Shown here: piece by piece, positions 11,418-25,435 of the stretch
Layout of the letters: each line of letters begins with the position of its first letter
How positions within the stretch are numbered: the stretch's first letter is position 1
Source of the DNA: Chiloscyllium plagiosum
Lineage: Eukaryota
Assembly (NCBI RefSeq): GCF_004010195.1
Contig: NC_057718.1
Location: 100,775,637-100,839,636 of the forward strand
Reading direction: 5' to 3'
DNA: 64,000 bases
Notes under the pieces: model-generated
Database searches by the model: none
Told to the model about the DNA's origin: nothing
What the model saw: only the letters and a program-made list of their open reading frames with translations
Translations under genes and position numbers: made by a program

Positions 11418-14089
11418 GTGGGTATGTGTGTGTCTCGCTCTCTATCTGTCAGTGGGTCAGAGGGGCCATCATCTCTCACCTCACCCCTGTCACCAGGGTC
11501 TATTCCCCAGCCTGCCCTATTATTTTACTCGCCGGGTACAGAGGCTCTGGCTGCTCTGCTGAGGCAAGGCTTTCCTCTGGTTGTCATAGGAGCAGACTAG
11601 GCCTTGAAGCGCCTCCTGTCAAAAGAAAGGAGCTGCAGCTCACACACCTTTACAATATCGCTTGCACCATCCACAACTGGTCCTTTATCTTTTTGCCCCG
11701 ATCTCTTATGCAAATGAAAAGATCCCTTTGTCTTGCACGTCCAACTGGGGAAAGGGGCGTGCAGCGTTTTTCTTTTCTCTCTAACTTGCGATGTAATATT
11801 TGTCCCAAATGTGCTTGCCTCTTTTGTTTTGTAAGTGAATTGCAGTGAACCCAGTGGCTGTTCATCTGAATTATAGCATTGCAGAATTTTCCAGTCTATA
11901 GTTTGTGCCTCTTCTGAGGTCCATGTGTTTGTGTCTGTGTGCCCGGAAGGAAAGGAGATCTGTCAACATTTACCACATGAAATAAGAACACCATGAGCTC
12001 CGATTATGAGAAATGAAGGTTGTAACTGGGAATTACATGGGCTCTGAGTAGACATTTAGTTGGGACTTCTAGTGCAGTTAATTTGAAGGGATAATAATAA
12101 ATAATGACAGTGCCTTTTAATTGAGGTGTAATGCAGGTGTAGGATATATGATGCATCATTACTAATTCAGTTGGTGGTTTGGAACATAAAAGAGCAGTGA
12201 ATTCTTTATGATCCCCAGCAGTTTTCTAAGATTGCATTTCAGTCTGCTCATTCTTTTGTTTTTGAGGCATTGATGTGGTGCATTTTTCAATTCTTTGGAA
12301 TAGATAATATGACATAAATTGTAACTGACTGGTGTTTACCCTGGAGATACACAAAATTGCATGACAGTTGAAATATTGTTGCGTGTTCTTTTTCTGTGCA
12401 ATTTCTTAACCTTTTGTTACTAGGCCAGCTTGATTTGGTGCAAAAAAAGAGGAGGCTGGGTTAAATTAGTAACCAAAATGCACAATGGCAGCAAGTAAGA
12501 ATGTTCTAGCCTCGTATTTAGATTTTCTGGTCTGTATTTCTGGCTACAGACTTAGTTATGGCTATTATTTTGTTTTTTTTTTGGTACAGCTCTATAATTT
12601 TGTAAACATTGTAAGATAAAGTGTGGAAATCACGAACTCAGCTGACAGAAAACAATGAGTTGTCATTGATCATTTTAACCTGTTTTGTTGACTTGCATCA
12701 CTTCGCTATCTGTCAACAAGTGTGTTTATCTTTGAAACACCAGAATTGAATTAAGCCAGTTATGTGTAGCATGCACATTATGTAATGATCATTACTTGTT
12801 ACAAGCATTGATAATTCTAAACACTCCTGCTTAATGATGAGTAGAGAATTGTTAGTGTTGTAGGGACTTGCAGGTACTGTACAATTGCAATATCTTAAAT
12901 GTAGAAATTATTGTCTGCTAGCATGTTGCAGATGTTAGTTTGCAACTTTTGAAAGTAAAATGGTTTGTCTTGTGTTGTACAGTGACATCGTTATGATATC
13001 GTGAAAACTAAGTATTATAAAATTCTGTTTGTTGCCATGATAATTTAGCAACTCTGTATTGAGTGTACTACTGAGCTCAGGTTTCTCCTGAGTCTAATTG
13101 TGGCCTTGCGAACACTTGCTTTAGCCAGGTCTCACTAGAATTTTGTGTTGAAGTAGAAACTGGACACTGAACTACCATAAAGAAGAAGCTACAGCCTCAG
13201 TTATTAAACTCAGTCTATGCTGTCCTCTATTATCTGAGGTCAAGCAATATTGATAAAATGAAAGCTAATTCTGTTCAGTGGCTGTGAAACTCCAATATGG
13301 TGATTGTTAATCTAATGTCTATTAATACCAGGCCACTACCCAAACTGCATCAATTCAGGTTTTGCATTCAGGGGCACTGTGCAGGTTTACTGTAGGGAAA
13401 CTGACTGTCACCTCTGTACTGTTTCGAGCCTGCATTTAGAACTTGTTAAGGTATTTTGGAATATTACTGCTTCTTGCATTTGAGATGTCCAATTTGGAAC
13501 TCTGTGATGTAGATGCTGAAATGGGGAAAATAACTCAAATGTCTCAGTATTTTATGCCTTGATCTGAACAAATAATTCATTTTGTGGTAAAGTGGAAGGA
13601 GAAGATAAATTAGTTGTAGAGGATTTCCAGTTAAGAGAAAGATGGTTGCCCAGTTATATTGTATTATGAAGGAACTTGACAGAAGCATTAAGCAGTTTTT
13701 CTTGCAATTTACCCCCCCCCGTGTTAAGCCTGGTTGTGATGGTGCTAATCCCAAGTAATGAAGTTTCCATTTTGTCCAGTTACTCATTGATCATCAAAAG
13801 TCCATCGTCAAAGGTGCTATCAGGTGGCACTTGGACAACAGTAATCTGCTCACCAGCATTTGGTAATGGCTTCCATCAGGATCACATAACTCTGGATAGC
13901 ATCAATCCAAATATAGACATAGGAGCTGAACCCTAGCAGTGAGTTGAGTGACTGCCCTTATCATTTAACTGAGTGTAGCATCAAGGATCCCTAGAAAAAT
14001 GGAAGCGAGAGATGCACACGTGTGTGTGTGTGTGTATTTATAACATGTTTATGGATTCATATGTGTATGATAGATATAAAGATAGATTT

Positions 14090-14890
14090 GGACTGATAAG
14101 TGGCAATAATATTTTGTAATCATCTCCCAAAGAGAGAATCAATGACCTCCCCATAACATTCAGTGGCAGTGCCATCATTTAATTCCCCACCATCAACATT
14201 CTGGCATATGTATGTGTGCTCTTGATCAGAGATGTAACTGGGCCAACAATACTGTGGCTACAAGAACTGATGAAAGGTTAGGAATTCTGCATCAACTAAC
14301 TCGCCTCCTGTCTCCCCCGTGCCTGCCCACCATCAATAAGGCACAGGTCAGGAGTGTAATGGAGTACTTAAAAATGTGTTGCTGGAAAAGCACAGCAGGT
14401 CAGGCAGCATCAAAGGAGAAGGAGAATCGACGTTTCGGGCATAAGCCCTTCTTCAGTAATGTTTACTCTTCACTTGCCTGGATAAATGCCAGTGAAAAAA
14501 ACCCTGAAGAAGTTTGACGCATCCAGGGCAAAGCATCTCACTTGATTGATATACCATTTGCCATCTTCCACATTCACTATTTTGCTATGACTTTGCATTG
14601 GTAGTGAAAGTGTACGATGTACAAGACCATGTGCAGTAATTTACTCTTGACTCCTCCTCCATTACTGCAATTGATACTGCTTAGAAGGATAAGGGCAGCA
14701 GACACAAGGCGAGGCACCATCTACCAAGACATACACTGACCCAACTTAGACCTGTATCATTGTTCCTGCGTTTCCGAGGAGTCAAAATCCGAGAAGTTGC
14801 TTCCTTAAAGTGTTGAGGGTGCCCCATGCCTCAAGGATTGCAGTGATTCAAAAAGCAGTTCTTTTGGGCAGTTGGTAATGGGCAATCAAT
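14090..14890 (+). mobile_element. Degraded L2/CR1-like LINE 3' region with a family A insertion at about 14369-14456
   Basis: RLGILHQLTRLLSP..INKAQVRSVMEY motif; homologous to 24745-25335. Confidence 0.7.
14369..14456 (-). mobile_element. Single-arm family A element with intact hammerhead core
   Basis: The minus strand reads CUGAAGA A GGGC UUAU GCCC GAAA CGUC. Confidence 0.8.
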
Positions 14891-17131
14891 TTGAACAATG
14901 ATCAATAAACAATTAAAAAAGCTGGAAATAGAGTATCGTTATGAAGGGGTGTTATTCCGACATGTATCTTGGACCTTTGGTCAAAGAACATTTTGCAAAG
15001 CAAATGGGACCGGCTACAGCAGAGAAAAATATTGTAATTGCAAAAAACACAAGCTGCTCGACTGCAGTCACTGAGGCTACAGTACTGTTTTGAGAGGACA
15101 CATGACCCAGTTTGTAGACTTAACAAAGTTACTGGAGTTTGAACAGACAGTCAGGGACAGCCTTTGCTGTCTCTACCTTTCCTCATAGTTTGAGGGTTTA
15201 AAAACTCATTGGAAGACATCACCACAAGTTGCAAAATGTTTGGTATGAGGGATATATAATAAATAGAGTTGACCATTGTCATGGAATTTTTTGATGGTTT
15301 TAAGTTTAAGCAGCAGTTTAGATCTCATACAGAAAATGTATATAACTGGTTAAGGATGGCTCACTGATAATCAGTGGATGATCAGCAGCTGCCACAGAGT
15401 GTGTTATCTCAATAAACTTTGATAGCAGCTTCTTGTTCTTGAGCCAACATGTAAGGAAACTGTCCCTTGAGTCCTCATCCTCCTCTTGTGGCCCACCTAA
15501 GGGAGACAACTACTTGCTGAGGACTGTGCCTAACTCTGATCGTTTGTTGATATACCTGATTTTATTTTTAGGGGGTGGTAGTTTACATTATGCCAATCAT
15601 CCATTTGAATCCTTCTAGCTGATGGACCCAGGATGACTATTCGCAACATCAAAACAGCTGTCACCCTTTTGCCCAACCCCTGCCTCTGCTCAAAGTCAGC
15701 TTACATTTCTGTGAGGGCAGACAATTTCACGCACGGGTGTTAGTGATCTGGTAATCTTCATAGCCTTTATCTTTAGCTTGCCGTTTGTTTATATTTACAA
15801 ATGTAGAGCAAGGTTCAGAGCTGTCTCAGATAAATTTATTCAAAGTTTCTTACTTGGCAAAGGGAAAATGAGAGTTTTTTTTTAAAACAAGGATAGGGTT
15901 TCTAAGAGGAAAGTTCTGAATCTAAGTCAGTGTCTCTAGGCAAAAAGAATTCAGCAGCTGTACCTGATCCAAGAAGAAATCCCAGTGCTCGTAGAATTAT
16001 TTATTTTCTGAATTTAACTGTTACTTGGGCAAAGTACTTTTAGGATAACACCCTATAGAGTTTTAATCTGAACGTGGAGGTTGCGTGTGTGCGTACTTGT
16101 GTGTGAGAGTAGGTGATACTGTTCAAAATCAGTATCCCACATGTTTTCCCATTGCGACCCTGTTGTGAAGATTGAAATTTGTCATCATTCCTCAAGGACA
16201 GCTGAGAGTAACATGGTGCGATTATGAGAGTAGGGACCTTTTAGAGTGAGACCATAGTTGATTAGAGCTACACAGTGGCCATGATGATAAATAATGTTAT
16301 ATTAGATTTTGTTAGGAATCTAATTGTATGCCACATAGCTCAAATTCTTTACAACACCACGAAGAATGGAAGTTTGAAAATACCTGCTGAATTTATAGAT
16401 TCCAAGTGACCAGCATTTCAATGAAACCACCAATCGATTTCAAATATAGTCAGTATTAATACTTGGGGTGTGAAATGCTAATCTAGCCATTTATGACTGG
16501 ACAGGAGATCCTTATAAAATGGGGACGTTTAAGATGTTGGTCCTTGATCAGGTTGTTGTAAACTTTTGAAATCTGACTCTCATAGAAACATTTTTATTCA
16601 CAAAGTTTTTATGACCATGACTTGAAGCAAATGGCATGATGTTAATGTGATGGTATCAACATCCTTTGAGGTAACTGAATCAAATGAAAGCATAATTGTT
16701 TCATGTTGCATAACCTCATATTCTATTGTCAATTGAACACTGTCAATAACTTTCCAAAGAGAGCTGTTTTGTTAAATGTTACAAATGCAGTAAAAGAAAG
16801 AAACTGTGAATTTCAAGTCTTTTTGCATCTTTTGTTTCAAAGAAACAGAATCCGACAGTGCAGTGCTGATGATGTATGTGTGTACAAGTGGGAAGTGAGT
16901 GCTCAGTCTCTATTAATCCAACAGGTTGCAGAGGATATTTCTATACAGGAGGCGAGTTTGCTCTCCCTGAACGTATGAAATCCTTTTTAAGACATGCATT
17001 GAACAGTCTCTTGTTTAGTTTTTTTAAAAAAAGTTGTGGGTGAAAAGTAATCATGTAGTTCTCCACAACACGCATTACTGGAACAGTTGCAATTTCAAGG
17101 CATGCTTCCAAAAAGTATTTGAATTAAAGTT

Positions 17132-17460
17132 GAGACAGGCCGCCTACTTGCGGAACGTTTCAGAGAACACCTCTGGGACACCCGGAACAACCAACCCAAC
17201 CACCCCATGGCTCAAGACTTCAACTCCCCCTCCCACTCCACCAAGGACATGCAGGTCCTTGAACTCCTCCATCGCCAGACCCCTTCCACCTATCGCATTT
17301 CCAATGCCCCTCCCCCAAGTCCCTCCTCCCTACCTTTTTATCTTAGCCTGCTGGACACACTTTCCTCATTCCTGAAGAAGAGCTCATTCCCGAAACGTCG
17401 ATTCTCCTGCTCCTTGGATGCTGCCTGACCTGCGCTTTTTCCAGCAACACATTTTCAGCT
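17132..17460 (+). mobile_element. Penelope-like element 3' fragment: GIY-YIG endonuclease remnant plus family A terminus
   Basis: ETGRLLAERFREHLWDTRNNQPNHPMAQDFNSPSHSTKDMQVL, then ctgaagaag...cgaaacgtc and the family A arm. Confidence 0.85.
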
Positions 17461-17694
17461 TTAAAAGAATACAACCAGTAAACAAGAGTAATAGCTTATT
17501 TATAAGTCAAAATCATTTGAAAATGTTGTTTTCTTCCATTCTTATTTTGCAAGTTTGCAGATTTAAATGTTTTATAAAAGCAAGAAGAACTGCGGATGTT
17601 GTAAATCAGAAACATCTACAAAGGTTGCTGGAAAATCTCAGCAGGTCTGGCAGCATCTGTGAAGAGAAATCAGAGTTAACATTAGGGTCCAGTA

Positions 17695-18193
17695 TTGGAA
17701 GGATGTTGTGAAACTTGAAAGAGTTCAAAAAAGATTTACAAGGATATTACCAGAGTTGGAGGATTTGAGTTATAGGGATAGGCTGGGGCTATTTTCCCTG
17801 GAGCATTGGAGGCTGAGGGGTGACCTTACAGAGGTTTATAAAATCATGAAGGGGATGGTTAGGGTAAATAGACAAGGTATTTTCCCTGGTTGGGGGAGTC
17901 CAGAACTAGAGGGCATAGGTTTAGAATCAGAGGGGAAATATATAGAAGGGACCTAAGGGGCAACTTTTTCACAGAGGGTGGTACGTGTATGGAATGAGCT
18001 GCCAGAGGAAGTAGTGGAGACTGGTACAATTGCAACATGTAAAAGGCATTTGGATGGGTATATGAATAGGAAGGGTTTAGAAGGATATGGTCCAAGGGCT
18101 GGCAAATGGGACAAGATGAGATTGGGATATCTGGTGAGCATGGACAAGTTGAACCAAAGGGTCTGTTTCTGTGCTGTACATCTCTATGACTCT
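17695..18193 (+). mobile_element. CR1-type LINE 3' end
   Basis: KLERVQKRFTRILPEL, VRVWNELPEEVVE, and a tail ending ctatgactcta. Confidence 0.92.
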
Positions 18194-20685
18194 AGATGTT
18201 TTATAACATTGTTTATCAAAACCTTGATTCTGAATAAACATAACAGGTTTATAGAGGACACATTCAATGATAATTTGAGGAAATAACATTTTGGATAGTA
18301 GGCACAAGGAGTCAGCCAACTGTAGTGGATTTCAAACCAACTGTGTTGCTTGTATTAATTACGTCAATTTCCATCTCCTAGGAAAAATAAGCAAATGCTG
18401 CTCAGCCTTGGGTGAAAACTCATTTCACAAAACTTCATTATCCTAGCAGTATTTCTAAATGACCACCTAAATGTGGGTTGGGGAACTAGAAAAGCATTAT
18501 CAATGCATCAGGATGTCCTGCACCTGTACTGCACCTGACCTGGAATTTTTTGATGCTGACACTGGGTGCTAAGATTGGACAGATATGCTGTTCTCCACCA
18601 TTATTCTTCCCACAGCAACAAAGTGAAAGTGTGTTCCACTGTCACCTGGTATAAAATGGATGTATTAAATCATTACAGTACAGTTTAAGGATATTAACAT
18701 GTTCTTGAGAACTGTACGTTTCAATTCCCAGAAGTCTCTGCTTGCTAATCAAAATGAAAAAAAAGTTCTATTGTTGGTACAGTTGATTAAATAACAGCAG
18801 AAAAACTAAATGGGAAATAAGAAATGCAGAATGTGGAATTCTTGAGGTTGTCCATGATTGAATAAACTGATATCTGATGAACTCCTGAACTGCAGATTTA
18901 AAATAGGTTTTGTAAGTAGATACACATTGACCTTGTACACTGGCTCAGAAAACGTTTGGCATCACTGCAAAAGTTTGGTCTTGAGTCTTTGGAAACATGA
19001 GTGAGTTGTACATTTGTATATTACTTGCATGAAGAGCATATCAATATTAATGCAGTACTTATTATATTATTTGAACACAGTCTTCCAGCGCAATGGCTTA
19101 TTTCCATGTATACTCAAAGTATGGAATGTTTCATTCCAAGTGCTATAAATGTTCAGTGTAGGAATCTGGCAACTTAATGAACATCATATGATGTATGGCA
19201 TAAGAGCTATATTTATCAATAGTATTGAAGTGTGGAAGAGAAGCTCAGTTTAATGTTTTTGGACTAACTTTGATTCTCATCTTTAAGCTGGTATTAATAA
19301 AGTGGGACAGCACCAGAAGCCATTCAACTGAAACAGAAGAATCTGCTGGGTTGTTTTTTATAAAGCAAAGCACTCAGCTCCACAAAAGATCAATAAGATT
19401 GTCCTCTTGGATTTTGTGGCAAGATCGAATTTAACACATATGCTTTTTGGATAATTAATTTAAAGAAAACCAAATGAAAGGGATTTATGACATTTTTTTT
19501 GTGGTTGACCTCCCAATATAGCCATAAAAACAAAATAACTGGTCAAAGAAAGCATCTGTTGACTTGTGTAAGTTTACAAATGTGCCTTTTCCAGTTTGGT
19601 ACCTATTTTTGAACTGCCAGTGATGAGATAATACATCTTTGAGGTTCTGTATAACACTGCTTGTGACAGTTTAGTAAGGTGAGGGTTGTTCCTCAATGAA
19701 GCTGCATCATAGGAAAAATTTTAGATATCAATGATAAATCTTGTTCTTATTTGGTTTTCATTTTTTAAACCTGAAATAGTGTTAGCATTTTGCTTTTTCT
19801 TTCTTTTTTTTTCTGTCCAATTTCAAATTATTGATAACAAATTTTCCTCACTAAATTTTCTTTTTAACCATTAGAATTGCTGTCAGAGTGGGGTTTTCCC
19901 CATTCAATTTTCTTGCAATTGAAAACTGTTCTATTATACTGAACAGACAAGTCTCTCTAACAGTTGCTCAATAGTTTTTAGAAAACAAATATTTTCAACA
20001 AAATGTTATGAAGATTTTTATGTTTAGTATTTTTTTGAAGACTTCAGTTTGAGGATTGTGACTATCTGGATGGTCTTACGTTTAATTTTTAAATCTCTTT
20101 AAAAGAATCGGAAGCCAGAAAATGGAAGATTGGATGCATGTTTTTTTTTCAACTTGGTGGGGTGGGGGATTGATGGGGTGGAGAGGTGGAACTGTGTACA
20201 CACTTAATGGTTACACAAGAGCATATAACTTTGCCTGAAGTTGAATTTTGGCACTTCAGCTGGATGTGATAACACTGGGTGTCTTTGGAGCAAAAGAAGT
20301 AACTGCCCAGGACCAGCTTGTGGATTGGTTTCAAATAGCAGTTTGGCAAAGCAATGAAATGGGTGAGAGCAGTAGGGGCTTGGACCATCAAGCCTATCCA
20401 TCAAGCAAAGTTTCACTCTTGCTCTTAATTGGACAAGAAATGAGTCTCCAATTTATCGGGAAAAAAAGCTGCTAATTGACATCAATAACTGGGTTCAACT
20501 GGCCAGCTACTGAATTGCGACACCCTACTTGACAATGTGATATCAAGACTAAGGAAAAAAAACATTGACAAAGTTTTAAAAACCACACAACATCAGGTTA
20601 TAGTCCAACAGGTTTATTTGGAATCACTAGCTTTCGAAGTCTTCGGGTGGCTGTGGAGCAGAATCATAAGACACCGACTGTATAG

Positions 20686-20896
20686 TGTTGAAAAATGTGG
20701 TGCTGGAAAAACACAGCAGGCCAGGCAGCATCCGAGGAGCAGTAGAACCGACGTTTCGGGCATAAGCCCTTCTTCAGGAATTATGCCCAAAACGTCGATT
20801 CTCCTGCTCCTCAGATGCTGGCTGGCCTGCTGTGTTTTGCCAGCACCACATTTTTCAACTCTGGTCTCCAGCATCTGCAGTCCTCACTTTCTCCTA
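20686..20896. mobile_element. Palindromic family A element
   Basis: Near-perfect inverted arms; direct repeat gactgtatag (20676-20685, 20900-20909). Confidence 0.85.
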
Positions 20897-21202
20897 ACAG
20901 ACTGTATAGCAACAGGCTTGCAATGTCATGGAATCTAATATTAAACAAATTTAGCAGATGTCTTTCATCTTTTAGAATGACCATGTTAGTTTCAGTTCCT
21001 TCATTTGTAAATCCCAGAACTTCTTTAAAATTACGTTCTCAAAGTAGCTTTTAACATTTGGTGTCGTCTCAGCTCAGATAATGCAGTGAAGGTGTGAAGT
21101 TAAAGTCTGGACTGTGTGTCCCAATGTTAGGTCAGGCTGATTCTATTTCTAAAGTGGGAGTTACAGAATTTTTCCTGGATTTATGCAATTTTTGAGTTTT
21201 TG

Positions 21203-21489
21203 GGCATGGTTAACACTGCTACTTCACAGCGCCAGGGACCTGGGTTCAATTCCCACCTCAGGTGACTCTGTGTCTGTGTGGTTTTTTTTCCGGGTGCTCC
21301 AGTTTCCTCCCACAATCCCAAGATTTGCAGGTCAGGTGAATTGGCCATGCTAAATTGCCCATAGTGTTAGGTGCATTAGTCAGGGGTAAATGTAGGGAAA
21401 TGGTCTTGGTGGGTTACACTTTGGAGGGTCAGTGTGGACTTGTTGGGCCTAAGGGCCTGTTTCCATACTGTTAGGAATCTAATCTAATT
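21203..21489 (+). mobile_element. HE1-like SINE
   Basis: B box gggttcaattccc; body and aatct tail match 5028-5350. Confidence 0.88.
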
Positions 21490-21865
21490 CCATTTCATGA
21501 CACTGCAATCCTGTTGCTATAAAGCCTGTGTCTTATGATTCTGCTCCACAACTACCAGAAGAAGAAGCAGCGTTTTGAAAGCTAGTGATTCCAAGTAAAC
21601 TTGTTGGACTATAACCTGGTGTTTTGTGATTATTAACTTTGCCCACCCCAGTTCAACACGTGCACCTCCAAATCATAACTTTGAGAAAAGGCACCTCATT
21701 TTACTCCGTTTGGCTTAGATTTTGATTTACAGACATTGTGTCTTTTTAATTTATATATTGTCACCCGAAATATTCCTGGAAATGTACAATTTGTCTTGTT
21801 CTACCTTGTTGGAAGATACAAAGATTGATCGCATCCTCCCCAATGAGGAGGATTGCCAGAGGTCT

Positions 21866-22528
21866 CCCATGGGGAACCTTGTCGAACGTCTTACTGAAGT
21901 CTGTACAGATCACATCTACTGTTCTGCCCTCATCAATCCTCTTTGTTATTACTTCAAAAAACTCAATCAAGTTTGTGAGACATGATTTCCCACGCACAAA
22001 GCCATGTTGACTATCCTGAATCAGTCCTTGCCTTTCCAAATCCATGTACATCCTGTCCCTCAGGATTCCCTCCAACAACTTGCCCACTACCGAGGTCAGG
22101 CTCACCGGTCTATAGTTCCCTGGCTTGTCTTTACCGCCCTTCTTAAACAGTGGCACCACGTTTGCCAACCTCCAGTCTTCTGGCACCTCACCTGTGACCA
22201 TCAATGATACAAATATCTCAGCAAGATGCCCAGCAATCACGTCTCTGGCTTCCCACAGAGTTCTCAGGTACACCTGATCAGGTCCTGGGGACTTCTCCAC
22301 CTTTAACCGTTTCAAGACATCCAGCACTTCCTCCTCTGTAATCTGGACATTTTGCAAGATGTCACCATCTATTTCCCTACTGTCTATATCTTCCATATCA
22401 TTTCCCACAGTAAATACCGATGCAAAATACTCATTTAGTATCTCCCCCATTTTCTGCAGCTCCACACAAAGGCCGCCGTGCTGATCTTTGAGGGGCCCTA
22501 TTCTCTCCCTAGTTACCCTTTTGTCCTT
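21866..22528 (-). mobile_element. CR1-type LINE ORF2 internal fragment
   Basis: 234-aa ORF with KSPGPD, WRLANVVPLFKKG, NYRPVSLTS and QHGFVRGKSCLTNLIEFFE. Confidence 0.95.
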
Positions 22529-24744
22529 TGCTTAGGTTTATGACTGCGTCAAGTTCCAGTTTTTGCTTGAGTTTTTTTTGTTTGGAGTCACAAGAGAAAA
22601 GTCTGTTTCTGGAAATGAAACCTTATGGGTATGTTGTGGAGTCATAGTTCAGCTGCTCTAGCATGAAAAAAAAACTATTAAAACGTTTGTCAATATTTCC
22701 TGCAAGATTGACTGCTTCAGCAAAGTTCCTCAGTGATAACTGCATGCGTTCAATGATATGTCTTGGTGTACAAGCATATCAGTCCTATAGCATCTGAATG
22801 CCTTACACCTGATCAGTATTGTCCCAACGTGTTTTTGTTTTCCCCAAAGTAAATGGTTTCAGAGAAAAACATTTTCCCCACCTTTACTTGTGTGTGCATG
22901 TGAGGGTTTATGCATTTTGGCATATCTGCAGGGAGTAAATATCTCTCTGTTTCATATTACATACAGTGTGTAGCAGCTAGTTTTGCATCATTAAATCCAG
23001 TTTATTAAACTCAACTGAACATTTTGTATTTAAAGTTTTTTATTAAATTATAAATTTAATAGAGAAACAAAATGATTTGCCATACTGGGTAATGGATGAA
23101 AATGATTAAATTCATATTGTGACCCATGAATGAAAAAAGACCACTTTTCCCTCCTCAGTAGCAATAACACATAGACCTTTCTTGTAATATCAAATTTTTA
23201 GATGTGGAACGATATCCCAAGGCACTTCACAAGAGAATGAAACTGACTGAAACCTGATAAAGGTCTCGTTAAATTGCTGGGCATTAAAAGCACATGTTTG
23301 CCTTGTGCAAAATTATATTGCAGAATATGGGTGCTGTTTATTACATTTAAGGGAATATTAATTACTCAGAAGTAATATACTGTGATGCTGGGAATAATTT
23401 TAAAATCAGGAAATGCTGGAATTTGCAGTGTGAGGAACAGCATTAATATTGAAGATTAATGACCTTTCATCAGAAATTGTTGATAGCAGTTCAGATAAAA
23501 GCCTGATTACTTTAACTAAAACATTAGGTAACTAATGATAGCTTGTTAAAACAAAGAATGAAGGCCCTCTGAGAAATACTGCTTTTGAAATTAATGTTAA
23601 TTTGGATCCTATGTCACTATTTGTTATAGGCTATGGAAATATTTCTACCCAGACCAATCATAGTTGGATTTGTTTTCTAACCCATTAACACAGTTTAACT
23701 CTTTGCTTCTATTCAGATTCTGAAATGAAACTTGTGGTGTTGCAGTATTTTCTCTTCAAATATGAGCATAGTGGTAACCTGCTTTAAACAGTGTGTTTGT
23801 TTGTTTATGTGAATGCATCTTTAATATGTGCTTTAGATAGACTTTCTGTAAAGTAGTTCTAAAAGCTCAATACTGAGTAAAGATAATTGCATTGATACAA
23901 TGTTTCTGTAACATGGGTGCCTGTGAGCCAGCTCCCAGCTTTGACGCAACTGTGTAAATGCCACACCCCATTTCAGATACGCAGAATGCTATTGTTTGAA
24001 GGGCCCAGATGTCATGTTGTACTTGCATTATTATTAAGTTGCTTGCAGTATATTGATTCCTTCTAATAATTTAGGAGAACAATTTTATTTAATTAAACTG
24101 TTGTAGTTGTTTGACCTGCTGATCAAGTTCAATGACTCCCCATTTTTGGAAGTATGGTCACCCATAAACAGTCATTGAATTGTTTGTGATAAATTTGAAC
24201 ATTTATCTGTACTGGATACTTTTTTCATGCTCATGGTTTTGTCTTCTGGGGATTTTTGTCTTCCTTCTGTTTGACAACTTTGTAGCTATTCAATTAGCTA
24301 TTTTAAGATGTAGACTGGAATAGAAGTGGTCTTCTGTTCCTTCATTTAGGAGTTTCCAATCTATTTCTGAGAAGAATGTACTGACTTGAACCCTGAATCC
24401 CTCCATTCGTTTACATCACTTATAGTGAACTGTACCACCTCTCATTTACTGACATTCGTTCCATTTGTCCTCTTTTTGTTATTGGTATTTAATAGATTTT
24501 GTATTTAAATGTTCATATAGGTGTTGTGCATAGATTAGTTAAATATACTTCAATATGTAACAGCATTTTGTGGCAATTGGGCACCATGGGGGCTGGGGTG
24601 CCTCATCCTCTCCATTGACGTTTTAATTAAAGTTTTGTCTCTTATTTAACTTTTGGTATGATTGCTCTTAATTCGTTGTTATTATTTTGGTTTATTGTAA
24701 GAGTATTTGACTGTGTATATGAAGCAAGGCCAGCTAGCACAGTC

Positions 24745-25335
24745 AATATCCTGGGGATTGACATTGAAGTGTATTCACCATATAGCAGGTCAAAGCTTAG
24801 GAACTCAGCGCTGAGTCACCTCTTGTCTCCCCAACGTCTGTCCACCATCAATAAAACACAAACTGGAGTGTGATGGAAACTGCCCACTTGCCTGAATGAG
24901 TAAATCTCCAACAACACTAAAGAAGCTTAACATCATCAGGGCAAAGCAACCCACCCTTCACAGCCAATGCACAATGGTAACAATGTTTTCTATCTATAAG
25001 ATGTACCCTGTTACAGCTCACCAAGCCTCCTTTGACAGCACCTTCCAAACCTGTCCGACTAGGTGGTAGAGGTGACAAGATTAGCAAATGCATGGGAGCA
25101 TCAACCCCCGCAAGTTCCTTTCCAGATTCCAACTTGACTTGGGACTGTATCATTGTTCCTTCAGAGTTGATGGGTCAAAATTCTGGAACTTGCTCCATAA
25201 CAGCCCTGTGGGTGTAGCTGCACTCCAAAAGCTACAATAGTTCAAGAAGTCAGATCACTGCCATCTTGACCAAGGCAGTGAGGGGTGAGTAAAAAATGCT
25301 GACCTAGATAGATATGCCACCATCCTATGAAAAGC
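24745..25335 (+). mobile_element. Degraded L2/CR1-like LINE 3' region
   Basis: HLLSPQRLSTINKTQ motif and a tail homologous to 14090-14890 and 48700-49103. Confidence 0.7.
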
Positions 25336-25435
25336 TTTTTAAAACTGGAGAGAGGTGTCGGGATATTTCGTGTAATTGTTTAGTGCAGTTATTTGAGCTC
25401 TGTGGAATGCATTATATAGTCCCCACCAAAGCCAT

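Larger units (their letters stand above)
20572..21677. mobile_element. Large family B Penelope-derived element with inverted arms, hosting a family A palindrome and a SINE
   Basis: The left arm (minus) is homologous to 46495-46875; the right arm 21490-21677 is its inverted partial copy. Confidence 0.75.

Noticed and set aside
11418..11427. Alternative donor G|gtatgt 4 nt downstream of exon 1
   Set aside because: It gives phase 2, out of frame with the downstream phase-1 exons.
11130..11848. 151-156 aa ORFs at the promoter
   Set aside because: GC-rich chance ORFs or read-through of exon 1 into the intron; no recognisable domain.
12424..12494. Exon-like segment with tag| acceptor and |gtaaga donor
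   Set aside because: In-frame stop and 71-nt length; no supporting similarity.
20155..20190. G-rich run resembling a G-quadruplex
   Set aside because: Only three long G tracts and no supporting context.
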